The notes beneath the pieces are model-generated. The model made no database searches. It saw only the letters and a program-made list of their open reading frames with translations, and was not told the DNA's origin. A DNA stretch of 64,000 nt from Rhynchopus sp. YZ270_cl-10 (taxonomy: Eukaryota): contig OZ037837.1 in NCBI GenBank assembly GCA_964035575.1, forward strand, positions 1,612,001-1,676,000, in the 5' to 3' direction. The translations under genes were made by a program, and so were the position numbers. Shown in pieces: positions 34,777 through 45,905 of this stretch. Every line of letters begins with the position of its first letter. The first letter of the stretch is position 1.

Positions 34777-36351
34777 ATGTACTTCGGCAGCAATGAGCCC
34801 TATGAGTGCAGGTACTGTGGTGCGTCCGAGTCGCTGACCGGGAGGCCGTTTTATTTCGAAGATCAACTTGAGCAGCACGAACGGGACTGCAGCAGCGTGT
34901 TCCCTTGCAGGTATTGTGGTGCGACTGAGTCGAAGAGCGGCCTGTATTTTCTCTGCGAAGAACATCGTGACTCCCACGAAGCAAACTGCCCTCAAAACAA
35001 CAGCTGGGAATGTGTTCCCCAAAGGAACTGTGAGCGGGACGAAGAGATGAACAACTTTCACCCTTGCAGGTATTGTGGTGCGACTGAGTCAAAGAGTGGC
35101 CTGTATTTTCTCTGCGAAGAACATCGTAACTCACACGAAGTAAACTGCGCTCAAAACAACGGTTGTCTGGACGAAGAGATGGACAACGTTCACCCTTGCA
35201 GGTATTGTGGTGCGACTGAGTCGAAGAGCGGCCTGTATTTTCTCTGCGAAGAACATCGTGACTCCCACGAAGCAAACTGCCCTCAAAACAACAGCTGGGA
35301 ATGTGTTCCCCAAAGGAACTGTGAGCGGGACGAAGAGATGAACAACTTTCACCCTTGCAGGTATTGTGGTGCGACTGAGTCGAAGAGCGGCCTGTATTTT
35401 CTCTGCGAAGAACATCGTGACTCCCACGAAGCAAACTGCCCTCAAAACAACAGCTGGGAATGTGTTCCCCAAAGGAACTGTGAGCGGGACGAAGAGATGA
35501 ACAACTTTCACCCTTGCAGGTATTGTGGTGCGACTGAGTCAAAGAGTGGCCTGTATTTTCTCTGCGAAGAACATCGTAACTCACACGAAGTAAACTGCGC
35601 TCAAAACAACGGTTGTCTGGACGAAGAGATGTACAACGTTCACCCTTGCAGGAAGTGTGGTGCCACGGAGTCGAACCAAGGAAAGGAGTTTCTGACGGTG
35701 CAACATCGCAACTCTCATGAATACAACTGCGACAACAAAGATCATTTTCACCATCAGCAACAACAGCAACTACGCCAACAGCAGCAAGTACTTCAACAGC
35801 AACAGCAACAACAACAGCAGGAACAGCAACAACTGCGTCAACAGAAGCAACTACTTCAACAGCAGCAGCAACAACTACGTCAGCAGCAACAGCAGCAACA
35901 GCAACAGGAGCAAAAACAGCAGCAACAGCAACAACAACAGCAACAACAGCAACAGGAGCAAAAACAGCAACAACAGCAGCAGCAACAGGAGCAACAGCAA
36001 CAACAGCAACACCCCTCCACGACGGAACCACACTCTCACCCCCCAAATCAACCAGCTGTACCGCCACCCCCGCCCCACACCCAGGAGCCCACATCGCCAC
36101 CAGAAGAGTTTGTGTGTCCCATCTGTATGGAACTGATGCAGGATCCCATGCAGTGCAGGGAGGGCCACTCTCTGTGCAAGACCTGTTGGGATGCCTGCCT
36201 GTCGGAGAAGGTCCCCGGGGGTCGTTTTGTGTGCCCTATTGACAACACGACGAGCGTGGACAGATCACACCTGGTCCCGAACAGGAGTCTGGCGTCGCTC
36301 ATCGAGTCGTACGTCAAGAAGCAGGAGGGGAGCGAGGCACAACACTCTTAA
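34777..36351 (+). CDS. C2HC zinc-finger-repeat + polyQ + C-terminal RING finger protein (probable E3 ligase), 524 aa
   Basis: Seven CxxCG...HExxC units, a CAA/CAG tract, and the RING CPIC...CREGHSLCKTC...CPID. Confidence 0.88.
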   Translation: MYFGSNEPYECRYCGASESLTGRPFYFEDQLEQHERDCSSVFPCRYCGATESKSGLYFLCEEHRDSHEANCPQNNSWECVPQRNCERDEEMNNFHPCRYCGATESKSGLYFLCEEHRNSHEVNCAQNNGCLDEEMDNVHPCRYCGATESKSGLYFLCEEHRDSHEANCPQNNSWECVPQRNCERDEEMNNFHPCRYCGATESKSGLYFLCEEHRDSHEANCPQNNSWECVPQRNCERDEEMNNFHPCRYCGATESKSGLYFLCEEHRNSHEVNCAQNNGCLDEEMYNVHPCRKCGATESNQGKEFLTVQHRNSHEYNCDNKDHFHHQQQQQLRQQQQVLQQQQQQQQQEQQQLRQQKQLLQQQQQQLRQQQQQQQQQEQKQQQQQQQQQQQQQEQKQQQQQQQQEQQQQQQHPSTTEPHSHPPNQPAVPPPPPHTQEPTSPPEEFVCPICMELMQDPMQCREGHSLCKTCWDACLSEKVPGGRFVCPIDNTTSVDRSHLVPNRSLASLIESYVKKQEGSEAQHS

Positions 36352-36522
36352 AATCTTCTCGGGAGCTCCTCAAGACACGCTTCCTGCCGCAGCTCTCAAG
36401 GTAATAATGATACAGCCCCCTTTGCTGCAGGCAACAGGGGCGGGCCACTCCAACGGGTGAGTCTCGTATCCCTGGTGTCTCTCCCCTTACCCCCGTTAAT
36501 TAAAAAACTCATTAAAGAACAC

Positions 36523-36691
36523 ACACCCCTTTTTGCACATCCTCATGTGCCACCCCGGGACGTCCTGCTTTGCAGTAAGGTATAGTATCGAAATTGATCT
36601 AGGGGGGTAAGGGTCAGCATACGCCCAATAGTATTGAAAACCATTCACCAAGGTTCTGCCAACATGGGAAAGTGTGCAAAAAGGGGTGTGT
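36523..36691. repeat. Short inverted-repeat element
   Basis: ACACCCCTTTTTGCACA / TGTGCAAAAAGGGGTGT; the interior is related to 8918-8962. Confidence 0.6.
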
Positions 36692-36738
36692 TTTATTCTC
36701 CCCCACAAAATATCACGCAGAGAAACACTCGTTTTTTT

Positions 36739-37555
36739 CTGAACAAGATAAAACAAGACGCTCGCGTTTCTTTTATCGAACAGATTTGTATTCTCCGCCC
36801 CGTACCCAAAACGTAAACACCATTTTGAATCAGGAAAAAAATATCTTTCTCTCCTTTTTTCTTCCACACGCGCTGGTTTTTGTATTTCGCTAATTTTAAT
36901 CAAAAAGCTCCTGAGTTTAAGAAGTGTTCAACTTTTCAACCTCTCCCCCATTTTTTTCCATTCGCTATTTTTTACCCCCCTGTTTTTAGAATCAACAGAG
37001 TGCGTATTTTGCCGATGTATCGGTGTTCTCAGTAGTGCTTGGTCTCATGCCATTCACTAACTTATTTGTTTTAAGTTTTTCCACCAGGGTAAGTTGGGAT
37101 GTAGTCAATTCACGCGAGTTATTTGGATTTGCTGCTTTTGTGACACACGTGTGTTCTTTGCTTTCTTTTTATTCATATCCTGAAGTCAGATTCTATTTTA
37201 TTCGTTTTGCGGGTTCATTGTTGCTAAATTTGTATTGCCGAGTGATCGGTGTGCTCAGTCTCGTTTTCACTATTTTACAGTACAGAAATTAAACTTTATT
37301 CTTAGGATGAGACACACCAGAAGAAGAACAAGAAATGCAGAAAAAAATAGGCAAAGAGAAAAACAAAGAGATTTTGATGAACAAGATAAAACAATAAGCT
37401 CGCGTTTTTTTTATCGAACAGATTTTATTCTCCGCCCCGTACCCAAAACGTAAACACCACGTTCAATCAGAAAAAAATATTTTACTCTCCTTTTTTCTTC
37501 CACACGCGCTGGTTTTTTGTGTTCGCTAATTTTTATCAAAAAGCTTTCCCGAGTT
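36739..37555 (+). repeat. Dispersed ~180-bp repeat (36739-36920, 37378-37555, partial copy at 27107-27213)
   Basis: Shared GAACAAGATAAAACAA...ATTCTCCGCCCCGTACCCAAAACGTAAACACC. Confidence 0.88.
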
Positions 37556-37599
37556 TCGAGTGCGAAATGTTTCTCCATATTGCACGGGAAATAATATGA

Positions 37600-38072
37600 C
37601 AAACAGGTGCAGGGTGGTTCCGTGCATATCGTGCTACCGTATCGTACATAACAAACCGAGCACCACAACACACCGTCGGCGCTCGTCAGCCCCGAGCAGA
37701 GGAGAGGTTCGCGTACCTCAAACGGAAGGTGGCCGACCTTCTTGACGACGTAGTCGTCCTTGAGCGCGCCGGGCAACGCTGCTAGACGCTTCTCGGCAGT
37801 CACCCTGCTACTCTGCCGCTCCGCCTTCTTCGCCTCCTCCGCCACATCACTCTTCAGCTGCACCGTCACAGCAGCCTTCTGTGCTGGGGTCAGCTTTCCT
37901 CCCGCCTTTGGCGCCTTCTTTACGGACGGCTTTGTGGACGACTTTTTTGGGCACCGCTTTCTTGGTTGGTGCTTTTGGTCTCTTCCTCCTCGCTCGAGCC
38001 CATGATGCTTCATGCTGGCATTGGTGCCTCCTCTTTTTCAGGTGAGGAGTCCCTCTTCCGTTTCGTCGGCAT
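37600..38072 (-). pseudogene. Broken basic N-terminal coding fragment, possibly from a hAT/CGGBP-type transposase
   Basis: MPTKRKRDSSPEKEEAP.. is interrupted by a stop/frameshift. The K-rich ORF 37411..38013 has VTAEKRLAALPG...DGVLWCSVC, reminiscent of the start of a BED-like finger, and abuts the dispersed repeat. Confidence 0.3.
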
Positions 38073-38387
38073 TGTATTTTTATTTAATCTGCATAAGGAA
38101 TATGGAAGGGGGGGTGTAGAAAATCACCTACCAATTGGGGAAACTCCTCCCAAGCTTTCTCCGATGGAAAAACGGACCCTGTGAGCAGAGTCCCGTGTGG
38201 AAACCCACAAAAATTATCGTATATTATCGTATCACTGTGCGATATATGACAATTATTATCGTATCCAACAATACGACTCGTGTGCACACTATGTCTAGGG
38301 TGGCTGCAGTAATACAGCCAAGTTTTCAAAAAAAACACACTACTTTCCAGGCCCACCTCCCCCCCCTTTGGTCTCCCTACACACACT

Positions 38388-39746
38388 ATGCCTCTTCCGA
38401 AGCTGCCAGAGACCCAAGACACGCTGCCGACGCCGACCCCTGGAGGGATGGAGGCAGGAGCACCCCCTCTTACTCTTCCTCCTCCTCCCCCTGAGCCACC
38501 CGCAGGACCCGACAGCTCAACTGCCGCGCTTGAAGAACGCGACGTGATTGCCGCCCTGCACTGCGTGGTGCGAACCTTCTACACCTGCCTGGCGTCGTAT
38601 CTACGTGATGCGGACTTCGACTTTGTAGGCGTCTGGCTTGCTTCCGTGGACGCTTTGACACGCGCACCTGACACAACAGGACCCTCCCCTACTGAGCGTT
38701 TCGTCCAACAAATGCAATACTGCATATTAGACCCTGCACACGAACGCACCGTCGCCGCCGACACACAGACCGGAGCCATCTTCCACTCCACAGTCGGTCT
38801 TCTCTGCAAAGTCTTTCAGCTGGTCTACTCCGCTGCTCTTCCGGTACGCAGTGTCATGGCAGCGCCAGGAAGATCTTTACCGCCGGACATCGTAAAGCAA
38901 CAACGTGCGGAGAAGGCAGCGGCGCTCTGTGAAGTGGGGCTTCCTCTTGGAAGACCGAAAAGCTCGGCATGTCGTCCGGGGACTGCGAGGGTTTTGAAGC
39001 GTGAAGCTCGCCGTGAGAGGTCTGCACCACCACCACCACCACTACCCGAGGAAACTCCAGACCCAAACCCTATTCGCACCAAGCCCGCCTCGGCACGCAT
39101 TCCACGCCCTGCAGGGCCGAGCGCGATTCCTCATGTAGAGAGGATAGAGTTCAATTTGCAAAGATACAACTTTTCTCAAGACTCCCAAGCCAAGGTGATC
39201 ACAGAGAACTGCGACCCACGCAGCGACGGAGAACAGCCGCAACGTCTCAAATGGGTGGGCCTTATGAAAACACTATTTCCAAAGCAACAGAGGAGAAGCC
39301 AATCACCGGAGGCTGCCCCTACCTTAGCCCCTGCCACATCCCGTGCGCATGTTGAACGTGAGGCGCGTATGCTAGGGAGTCTTCGTGCTAAGGTAGGCCT
39401 TCCAGGCTCCGCAGTCTGGCCAAGTGCCTCAATCCGCAACCGACCTCCAAGCGTGCACTCTGAAACAGAAAGCGTTGACGAGAAGGAGAACACCACAAAA
39501 GACAGAGTCGGAGAAGTGCCTGGTCCTGAGATGAATGGAGGTAGTGGGGCTCCACGATTCGCAGATCACGTCGCAGCGTTGAAGGCACGTACGAGGGGTG
39601 GGCAGAAGGGAGGTGCCGGGGGTGAGAAGCGAGCAAGCGGAGGAGGAGGAGGAGGTGCATGTGTCCTGGGCATGTGCAATATGACTCCTGCGATGTTCGT
39701 GCAACAGCCTGCAGGGAGTATACCCCTCAGTCCAGCGGGTGGTTGA
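38388..39746 (+). CDS. Hypothetical proline-rich protein, 452 aa
   Basis: Long ORF on the coding strand with an AC-rich leader and higher GC than its flanks. No domain recognised. Confidence 0.65.
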   Translation: MPLPKLPETQDTLPTPTPGGMEAGAPPLTLPPPPPEPPAGPDSSTAALEERDVIAALHCVVRTFYTCLASYLRDADFDFVGVWLASVDALTRAPDTTGPSPTERFVQQMQYCILDPAHERTVAADTQTGAIFHSTVGLLCKVFQLVYSAALPVRSVMAAPGRSLPPDIVKQQRAEKAAALCEVGLPLGRPKSSACRPGTARVLKREARRERSAPPPPPLPEETPDPNPIRTKPASARIPRPAGPSAIPHVERIEFNLQRYNFSQDSQAKVITENCDPRSDGEQPQRLKWVGLMKTLFPKQQRRSQSPEAAPTLAPATSRAHVEREARMLGSLRAKVGLPGSAVWPSASIRNRPPSVHSETESVDEKENTTKDRVGEVPGPEMNGGSGAPRFADHVAALKARTRGGQKGGAGGEKRASGGGGGGACVLGMCNMTPAMFVQQPAGSIPLSPAGG

Positions 39747-40254
39747 GGTTGCAAAAAAACCCCCCCCAAGGAGAGAGAGAGGGACCTCAGGGAGTAAAAA
39801 TAATAAAGAAAGCGTCGTTTTCTCTTCATGACCCTTCCGGGTCTTATGAATGAGGTGAGGTGTATGTGACCCTTATTTTGGGGTGTTTTAGTACAGTAAC
39901 ATAATAATATTTCAAAAAAACTGCCAGTCCTTTTTTAAATTTAATGCAGCCTCTTTGGCATGCGTGTCTCTTATGATGCTTTCTGAATTCACGCACAATT
40001 TCCCTTCACGCACCGGTTCACGCACTGGGGATATTGCACTGATGGACATCACCCCGGGAAAATATTTTCGCAAAGCGCGAAAATCGCCGAGGAGCCGATT
40101 CTCATGTGCTCCTCACTCCACACTACATCAGGATCTTTAAACTGTCCGTGTACATCACAACGTGGTGTTTAAAAGGGCAGTTGGGCAAGCTGTTCTCACA
40201 CCTCAATAAACGCTCCTCAGGTTTTTTACACAACACAAACACATACATACCAAG

Positions 40255-41904
40255 ATGGCATCTGCATGGACCGAGATGACCGCTGAATCGTTGCCCTTCA
40301 CATGCAGCAAGGAGCACCTCAAGCTGCGTGCTGAGGTCTTTGACAGGTTCCAGGCGAACGACAGAGGTGTGCTGACGCTGTTTGAGGTGACGCTTGCCCT
40401 GCGTGACTGGAAGGTGGACACCATGTTCGAGGTGGACCTGAAGGACATCGTGTCAGAGGCGTACAAGAGTGTCAAGGGCCTCGACGCGTCGGCAGCAGTG
40501 AAGCGCACAGACCTCGTGACACGCTGGGAGTTCCGCACTGTGCTGCAGACGATCTACAGAGGACGCTCGCTGCGCCGTACTGATACAAGCGGCTTTGGAG
40601 GATACACGAAGAACAAGCTCAACACAAAGGCCTACCCGCTCACCTTTGCGACGCCGTGTGTGTCGCCGTCGTCTTCACCGTGTGCGACACCTGTGGCACA
40701 GACAGGTGTGCAGAGCAAGTTCCTGCTCCCGAAGTTTGCAGTGAGCGTGCCGCAAGATGCAGAGGTTGTGGATGTCATCACCTTCGACATCCCCACCATC
40801 GAGTCGCCCCCGTCACCCACGCTTGACCCGTCGTGCTCTGCCTCGCCTGTGTCCTTCTCGCTCACACCCAGCACGCTGTCGGCAGACTGCCACTCCTCAG
40901 ATGAGTGCACAACAGCCACACCCGAGAGCGAGGACATCACACCCCCACCCTCGCCAACACACATCGGTGCACCACCCGCAGGGCTTGAGTGGGATGAGCT
41001 CACAGCACGTCTCCCGCACTCACGCAGCGCACAGCACGAGGAGGAGCGTGGTGCGCTGTTCACACGCTTTGCCGATGCCAGCACCGCACGGCTGAGTCTG
41101 GACGGTGTGCTTGCTGCTGTGGCGACGTTGAGCTACCTCAGCTGTGAGGGGTCATGCTACGTGGCGCTTGCGATTGAGCACGCCTTCCGCAACACACGTG
41201 GCCTGCCGCCGTCGTACAGCGTGGGTGCGACGGACTGTGTGACGCCTGCAGAGTTCCGTGCGGTGCTGCAGACACTGCGCAGGGGACGCATCTTTGCACG
41301 GCACGGCTCCGTCAGCCTTGCGGCAACACGCTTCGGCAGCTTTGGGTCGATGAAGGCACTGCCTGTCGGCAGGTCGTACACACCCCAGCTGCCGCAACGT
41401 CGCTGCTCCTCGCCACAGGCAGTGCCGAGGAGCTTTGCTCTGAACCTTGCGTCCGTCCACAAGGAGGAGGAGCCACGTGTGACGTGGGACGACATCACCG
41501 CACGTCTGCCTTACTCACGCAGCAAGAAGGACTCGCTTCGTGTGTCTGCTGAACTCAACAAGCTTGGATCCCTGAACCACGTCTCCAAGCGCACGATCAC
41601 CATCGCTGAGGCAGAGGTGGCAGTGCGCCGCTTTGTGAAGGACACACACGGGTTTGACCTGACAGCACCGATCGAGGGTGCCTTCCGCAGCATGCGCAGC
41701 CTGCCCGACACACACGTCGTGCAGCGCACGGAGGTGCTCACACGGCGGGAGTTCCGTGTGCTGCTGCAGGAGCTGCGCAGGGGACGCGTCCTCAAGAGGA
41801 CAGGGTCGTACGGACTCACACCACGTTTGTCTGGTCCGGCCACAGCTCGGCTCAACACAGCACGTCCGCTGACAGCACGGCCACAGACAGCACGGGGGGT
41901 ATGA
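40255..41904 (+). CDS. Protein with three flagellar calcium-binding protein (FCaBP/calflagin)-like modules, 549 aa
   Basis: Three W....LP......R..LF.RF.....L...V...AF.......V...EFR.LL units match the N-terminal EF-hand pair of trypanosomatid FCaBP; S/T/P-rich linkers. Confidence 0.82.
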   Translation: MASAWTEMTAESLPFTCSKEHLKLRAEVFDRFQANDRGVLTLFEVTLALRDWKVDTMFEVDLKDIVSEAYKSVKGLDASAAVKRTDLVTRWEFRTVLQTIYRGRSLRRTDTSGFGGYTKNKLNTKAYPLTFATPCVSPSSSPCATPVAQTGVQSKFLLPKFAVSVPQDAEVVDVITFDIPTIESPPSPTLDPSCSASPVSFSLTPSTLSADCHSSDECTTATPESEDITPPPSPTHIGAPPAGLEWDELTARLPHSRSAQHEEERGALFTRFADASTARLSLDGVLAAVATLSYLSCEGSCYVALAIEHAFRNTRGLPPSYSVGATDCVTPAEFRAVLQTLRRGRIFARHGSVSLAATRFGSFGSMKALPVGRSYTPQLPQRRCSSPQAVPRSFALNLASVHKEEEPRVTWDDITARLPYSRSKKDSLRVSAELNKLGSLNHVSKRTITIAEAEVAVRRFVKDTHGFDLTAPIEGAFRSMRSLPDTHVVQRTEVLTRREFRVLLQELRRGRVLKRTGSYGLTPRLSGPATARLNTARPLTARPQTARGV

Positions 41905-43007
41905 ACCGATAAGCGAACGAAACTTCGGAGAGCGAAGGTACGTTCACTCGTTCCGCTTTGTACTCCTCTGTCCTGTATCTTATGTGTGTCGTTCCTGCCC
42001 AGCATTTTTCTTTACGTTTTTTGTTGTTCATAAATTAGATGTCGTTAGCCTCTTCACTGGAGGACTATTTATGAGGGCCACTCCTCTGCGAAATCTTTCC
42101 TCTGCCGGTGACTGAGCGCGAGAGGCTTAGGTTCATCTTATAAACTATTCCTCTTTATTGTGCAGGGTTGTCTCAGGCGGGGGTATTGTCCACAAGCCGG
42201 ATGGTTATCCGTGTTTGTCCTCCGTCCTGTCCACCCTCCCTGTTTACGATACCGGAACCGAGTGTTAATGGACTGTACGACACCTGGACCAAAAAAAGTG
42301 CAACTCGGAAAAATTCCAGAAGTTTTTATGGTCCACTATATGCAATGTTGCGGTCATCCTATGCTGTATGTACTATACTGTAAGTACACTGCTACGAGAG
42401 CGATTTCTTTTTTGCATTTTTCAAGTCAAATTATATTTTTTTTTCCCATGCTCCGCTAGTTGTTTTCTTGTAGATGTGTGTGCGAGGGAGAGACACTTCA
42501 TCATCAAGGTATTTCTTTGTGGCTTTTGCTTTTTGTCAAAAAAAAAGTTGCCGTGAGTTGCTTTTCCTTTGTTTCCTTACACACCCCTGCTCTATCTTAT
42601 ACGTTACGTATAAAGTACGAGCATCCCCACCCCCTGTTCTTATGCGTGCATTGTTGTTGTTTTGGCGGGTGGAAAACCCGTTGTTTCTCCCCTTTGACGA
42701 CGCCCATTTTTTGCGCCCATTTTTCGTTTATCGATATTTCAGAATAAGAACTGAGTCCGTGGAAAGCTCTTCACGGCAATAGTTTAAAAACCTTCGGGGC
42801 GACATTGTGCACAGAACCTGCTCCCCCAAGCAGGGGATCGTCGAAGTAAACGAAAAGAAAAAAAGATTGGACACATTTCTTTTTGTTGATGCCACAACCC
42901 CTCCACACATCTTCCCCCCCTTTTACTTTCGTTGCTTCACACTCCACTAAGCCCTTCTGCAGCTCATACACATTACACCTTTTACAAAAACACATTTTTA
43001 TCTTTTC

Positions 43008-44891
43008 ATGTCTGAGTGGCTCGATGTCGCTGCAGATGACTGCCTGCCCTTCACATGCAGCAAGGAACACGTGAAGCTGCGTGCCGAGGTCTTTGACAGG
43101 TTCTACGCTAATGACAGAGGTGTGCTGACTCTGTACCAGGTGATGCTGGCCGTGTCCGACTGGCTGCAAGACGACAAAGATGACATCGCTGTGAAGGACA
43201 TCGTGTCAGAGGCGTACAAGAGCGTGAAAGGCCTGGGTGTGTCGGCAGAAGTGAAGCGCACAGACCTCGTGACACGCTGGGAGTTCCGCACTGTGCTGCA
43301 GAAGATCTACACAGGGCGCACGGCACGCCACAACGAAGCAAACGGTGCAAGTGACGTACACACGAAGAAGAAGCTCAACACAAAGGCATACCCGCTCACC
43401 TTTGCGACGCCGTGTGTGTCGCCGTCGTCTTCACCGTGTGCGACACCTGTGGCACAGACAGGTGTGCAGAGCAAGTTCCTGCTCCCGACGTTCACCAGTG
43501 CAGCACCGCCCGCGCAGCAGAACTTCATGCACCCAACGTTTTCGCTGAACTTTGACATCCCGATGGCCACCACAACAGTGGCAGACGTCGCAGCTCCATG
43601 CACAGCCACAGTGCTCCCCCTGTCGCCGCTGGTCTTCGACATCCCCGTGGTGTCCTCGCCGCTCGTGTCGCCACTCACTTCGCCAGCGTCGTCTCCAACG
43701 CAGACGTCGTGCTCTGCCTCGCCTGTGTCCTTCTCGCTTGCACCCAGCACGCTGTCGGCAGACTGCCACTCCTCAGATGAGTGCACAACAGCCACACCCG
43801 AGAGCGAGGACAGCACACCCCCGCCCTCGCCAACACACATCGGTGCACCACCCGCAGGGCTTGAGTGGGACGAGATCACAGCACGTCTCCCGCACTCACG
43901 CAGCGCACAGCACGAGGAGGAGCGTGGTGCGCTGTTCACACGCTTTGCCGATGCCAGCACCGCACGGCTGAGCCTGGACGGTGTGCTTGCTGCTGTCAAC
44001 GCACGTGCCTACCTGCGTGGGGAAGACGAACGCTACGTGGCGCTTGCGATTGAGCACGCCTTCCGCAACACACGTGGCCTGCCGCCGTCGTACAGCGTGG
44101 GTGCGACGGACTGTGTGACGCCTGCAGAGTTCCGTGCGGTGCTGCAGACACTGCGCAGGGGACGCATCTTTGCACGGCACGGCTCCGTCAGCCTTGCGGC
44201 AACACGCTTCGGCAGCTTTGGGTCGATGAAGAAGGTGGCCTCGTCACCGCTGTCTGCACAGCTGCGTACACCTTCTGTGTCCCCGCAGTTCAGCATGCGC
44301 ACCACATCACCACAGCGCCAGCAGCGTGCTGTGGGTGTCTCGCCACAACGCAGCACTTCACCGAGCACCGCACGTGGCGTGCCGAGGGCGTTCTCGTTGA
44401 ACCTGGCATCAGTCAGAAATGCTGCCAAGATTGAATTCGGATGCGCAACTGCTAGCTCGCCACGTGTGACGTGGGACGACATCACCGCACGTCTTCCCTA
44501 CTCACGCAGCAAGAAGGACTCCCTTCGCATCACTGCTGGGCTGAGCAAGCTTGGTACACTGAACGAAAGCTACAAGCGCACGATCACCATCGCTGAGGCA
44601 GAGGTGGCAGTGCGCCGCTTTGTGAAGGACACACACGGGTTTGACCTGACAGCACCGATCGAGGGTGCCTTCCGCAGCATGCGCAGCCTGCCCGACACAC
44701 ACGTCGTGCAGCGCACGGAGGTGCTCACACGGCGGGAGTTCCGTGTGCTGCTGCAGGAGCTGCGCAGGGGACGCGTCCTCAAGAGGACAGGGTCGTACGG
44801 ACTCACACCACGTCTGTCTGGTCCTGCCACAGCTCGGCTCAACACAGCACGTCCGCTGACAGCACGGCCACAGACAGCACGGAGGGGATAG
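43008..44891 (+). CDS. FCaBP-like triple-module protein, paralog 2, 627 aa
   Basis: Near-identical modules to 40255..41904, with longer linkers. Confidence 0.85.
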   Translation: MSEWLDVAADDCLPFTCSKEHVKLRAEVFDRFYANDRGVLTLYQVMLAVSDWLQDDKDDIAVKDIVSEAYKSVKGLGVSAEVKRTDLVTRWEFRTVLQKIYTGRTARHNEANGASDVHTKKKLNTKAYPLTFATPCVSPSSSPCATPVAQTGVQSKFLLPTFTSAAPPAQQNFMHPTFSLNFDIPMATTTVADVAAPCTATVLPLSPLVFDIPVVSSPLVSPLTSPASSPTQTSCSASPVSFSLAPSTLSADCHSSDECTTATPESEDSTPPPSPTHIGAPPAGLEWDEITARLPHSRSAQHEEERGALFTRFADASTARLSLDGVLAAVNARAYLRGEDERYVALAIEHAFRNTRGLPPSYSVGATDCVTPAEFRAVLQTLRRGRIFARHGSVSLAATRFGSFGSMKKVASSPLSAQLRTPSVSPQFSMRTTSPQRQQRAVGVSPQRSTSPSTARGVPRAFSLNLASVRNAAKIEFGCATASSPRVTWDDITARLPYSRSKKDSLRITAGLSKLGTLNESYKRTITIAEAEVAVRRFVKDTHGFDLTAPIEGAFRSMRSLPDTHVVQRTEVLTRREFRVLLQELRRGRVLKRTGSYGLTPRLSGPATARLNTARPLTARPQTARRG

Positions 44892-45905
44892 GCACCAGAG
44901 ACATACGGCAAGGTGCGTTCGTTCGTTCCCTCTGAAGCCTATTTGCTATACCCCTCCCGGAGCCTGTTAGCGCAGCCTCCTGTACTGAGCCTGTTACCAT
45001 TACCACACGGCAGCATGAAACATGGAACCGTTCTAGATAGATCAGGGGTGTTGTGTACCCAAGCCGGATGGTTATCCGTGTTTGTCCCCCTTTATTTTAC
45101 AGAAAAGTCTTGATTTGCTTTTTTTTGAAGTTGTGTTTCTTGTACTACTCCTTCGTAGCGGAGTTCAGCCTCGGGTGTCTACACTAATACAACCTTTTGA
45201 CGAAGAAAAAAGAATAAATTGCTTTATTTCCTATGCGATATAATGTGGTCCAGGATCATCCTTGGCTCGCATTTTTGATGTTTTCTTTTTCATTATTTCT
45301 TGATTTTTTATTGTGAATAGAAATTACATCTATTTCATGCTTCGAGATGTGTGCGCACGAGAGGCACATGTATCTTGCAAAGATTTCTTTCATTTTTTAT
45401 TCGTTTTCTGTGCTCGTTATCCTGTCCATGAAGCACACCCTCCCCACGTTGCCTCCCTCTGCCTCACCCCCAGTACCCCGTTCGTGCTTATACGTGATGT
45501 ATAAAGCTACCTGGGGGTGTGGGACTGCCTTTTTGCTGTTTTAGTGTTGCCTTGATCATTCCAGACTATGTGCAGCTGATTGCTTCATTTTGGAGGAATG
45601 GCTTTTTCTTTGTTGCCTGTATGTTTATGACCTTCTTGATCCGCAAGACAGGTTTCGTGTTTAGACGATGTGTGCGTGCACATTCCATATTCCTCTCTTC
45701 TTGTTAAGCTTGTTTGTCCGATGGGCCACCTTCTTTGAAGCGGGAATGCTCCTTGAAGCTGGACGGAGGACATTATTTCATTTGGTTTAAAGTATTTAGA
45801 GACAAAAGCACCATGTGACAGCACCCCGCTCCCTTTGCATTCAGTTATCGTGACACGTGTCCACACCACAAGCCAGATTCTTAGCAACTTACACAACACA
45901 ACACC

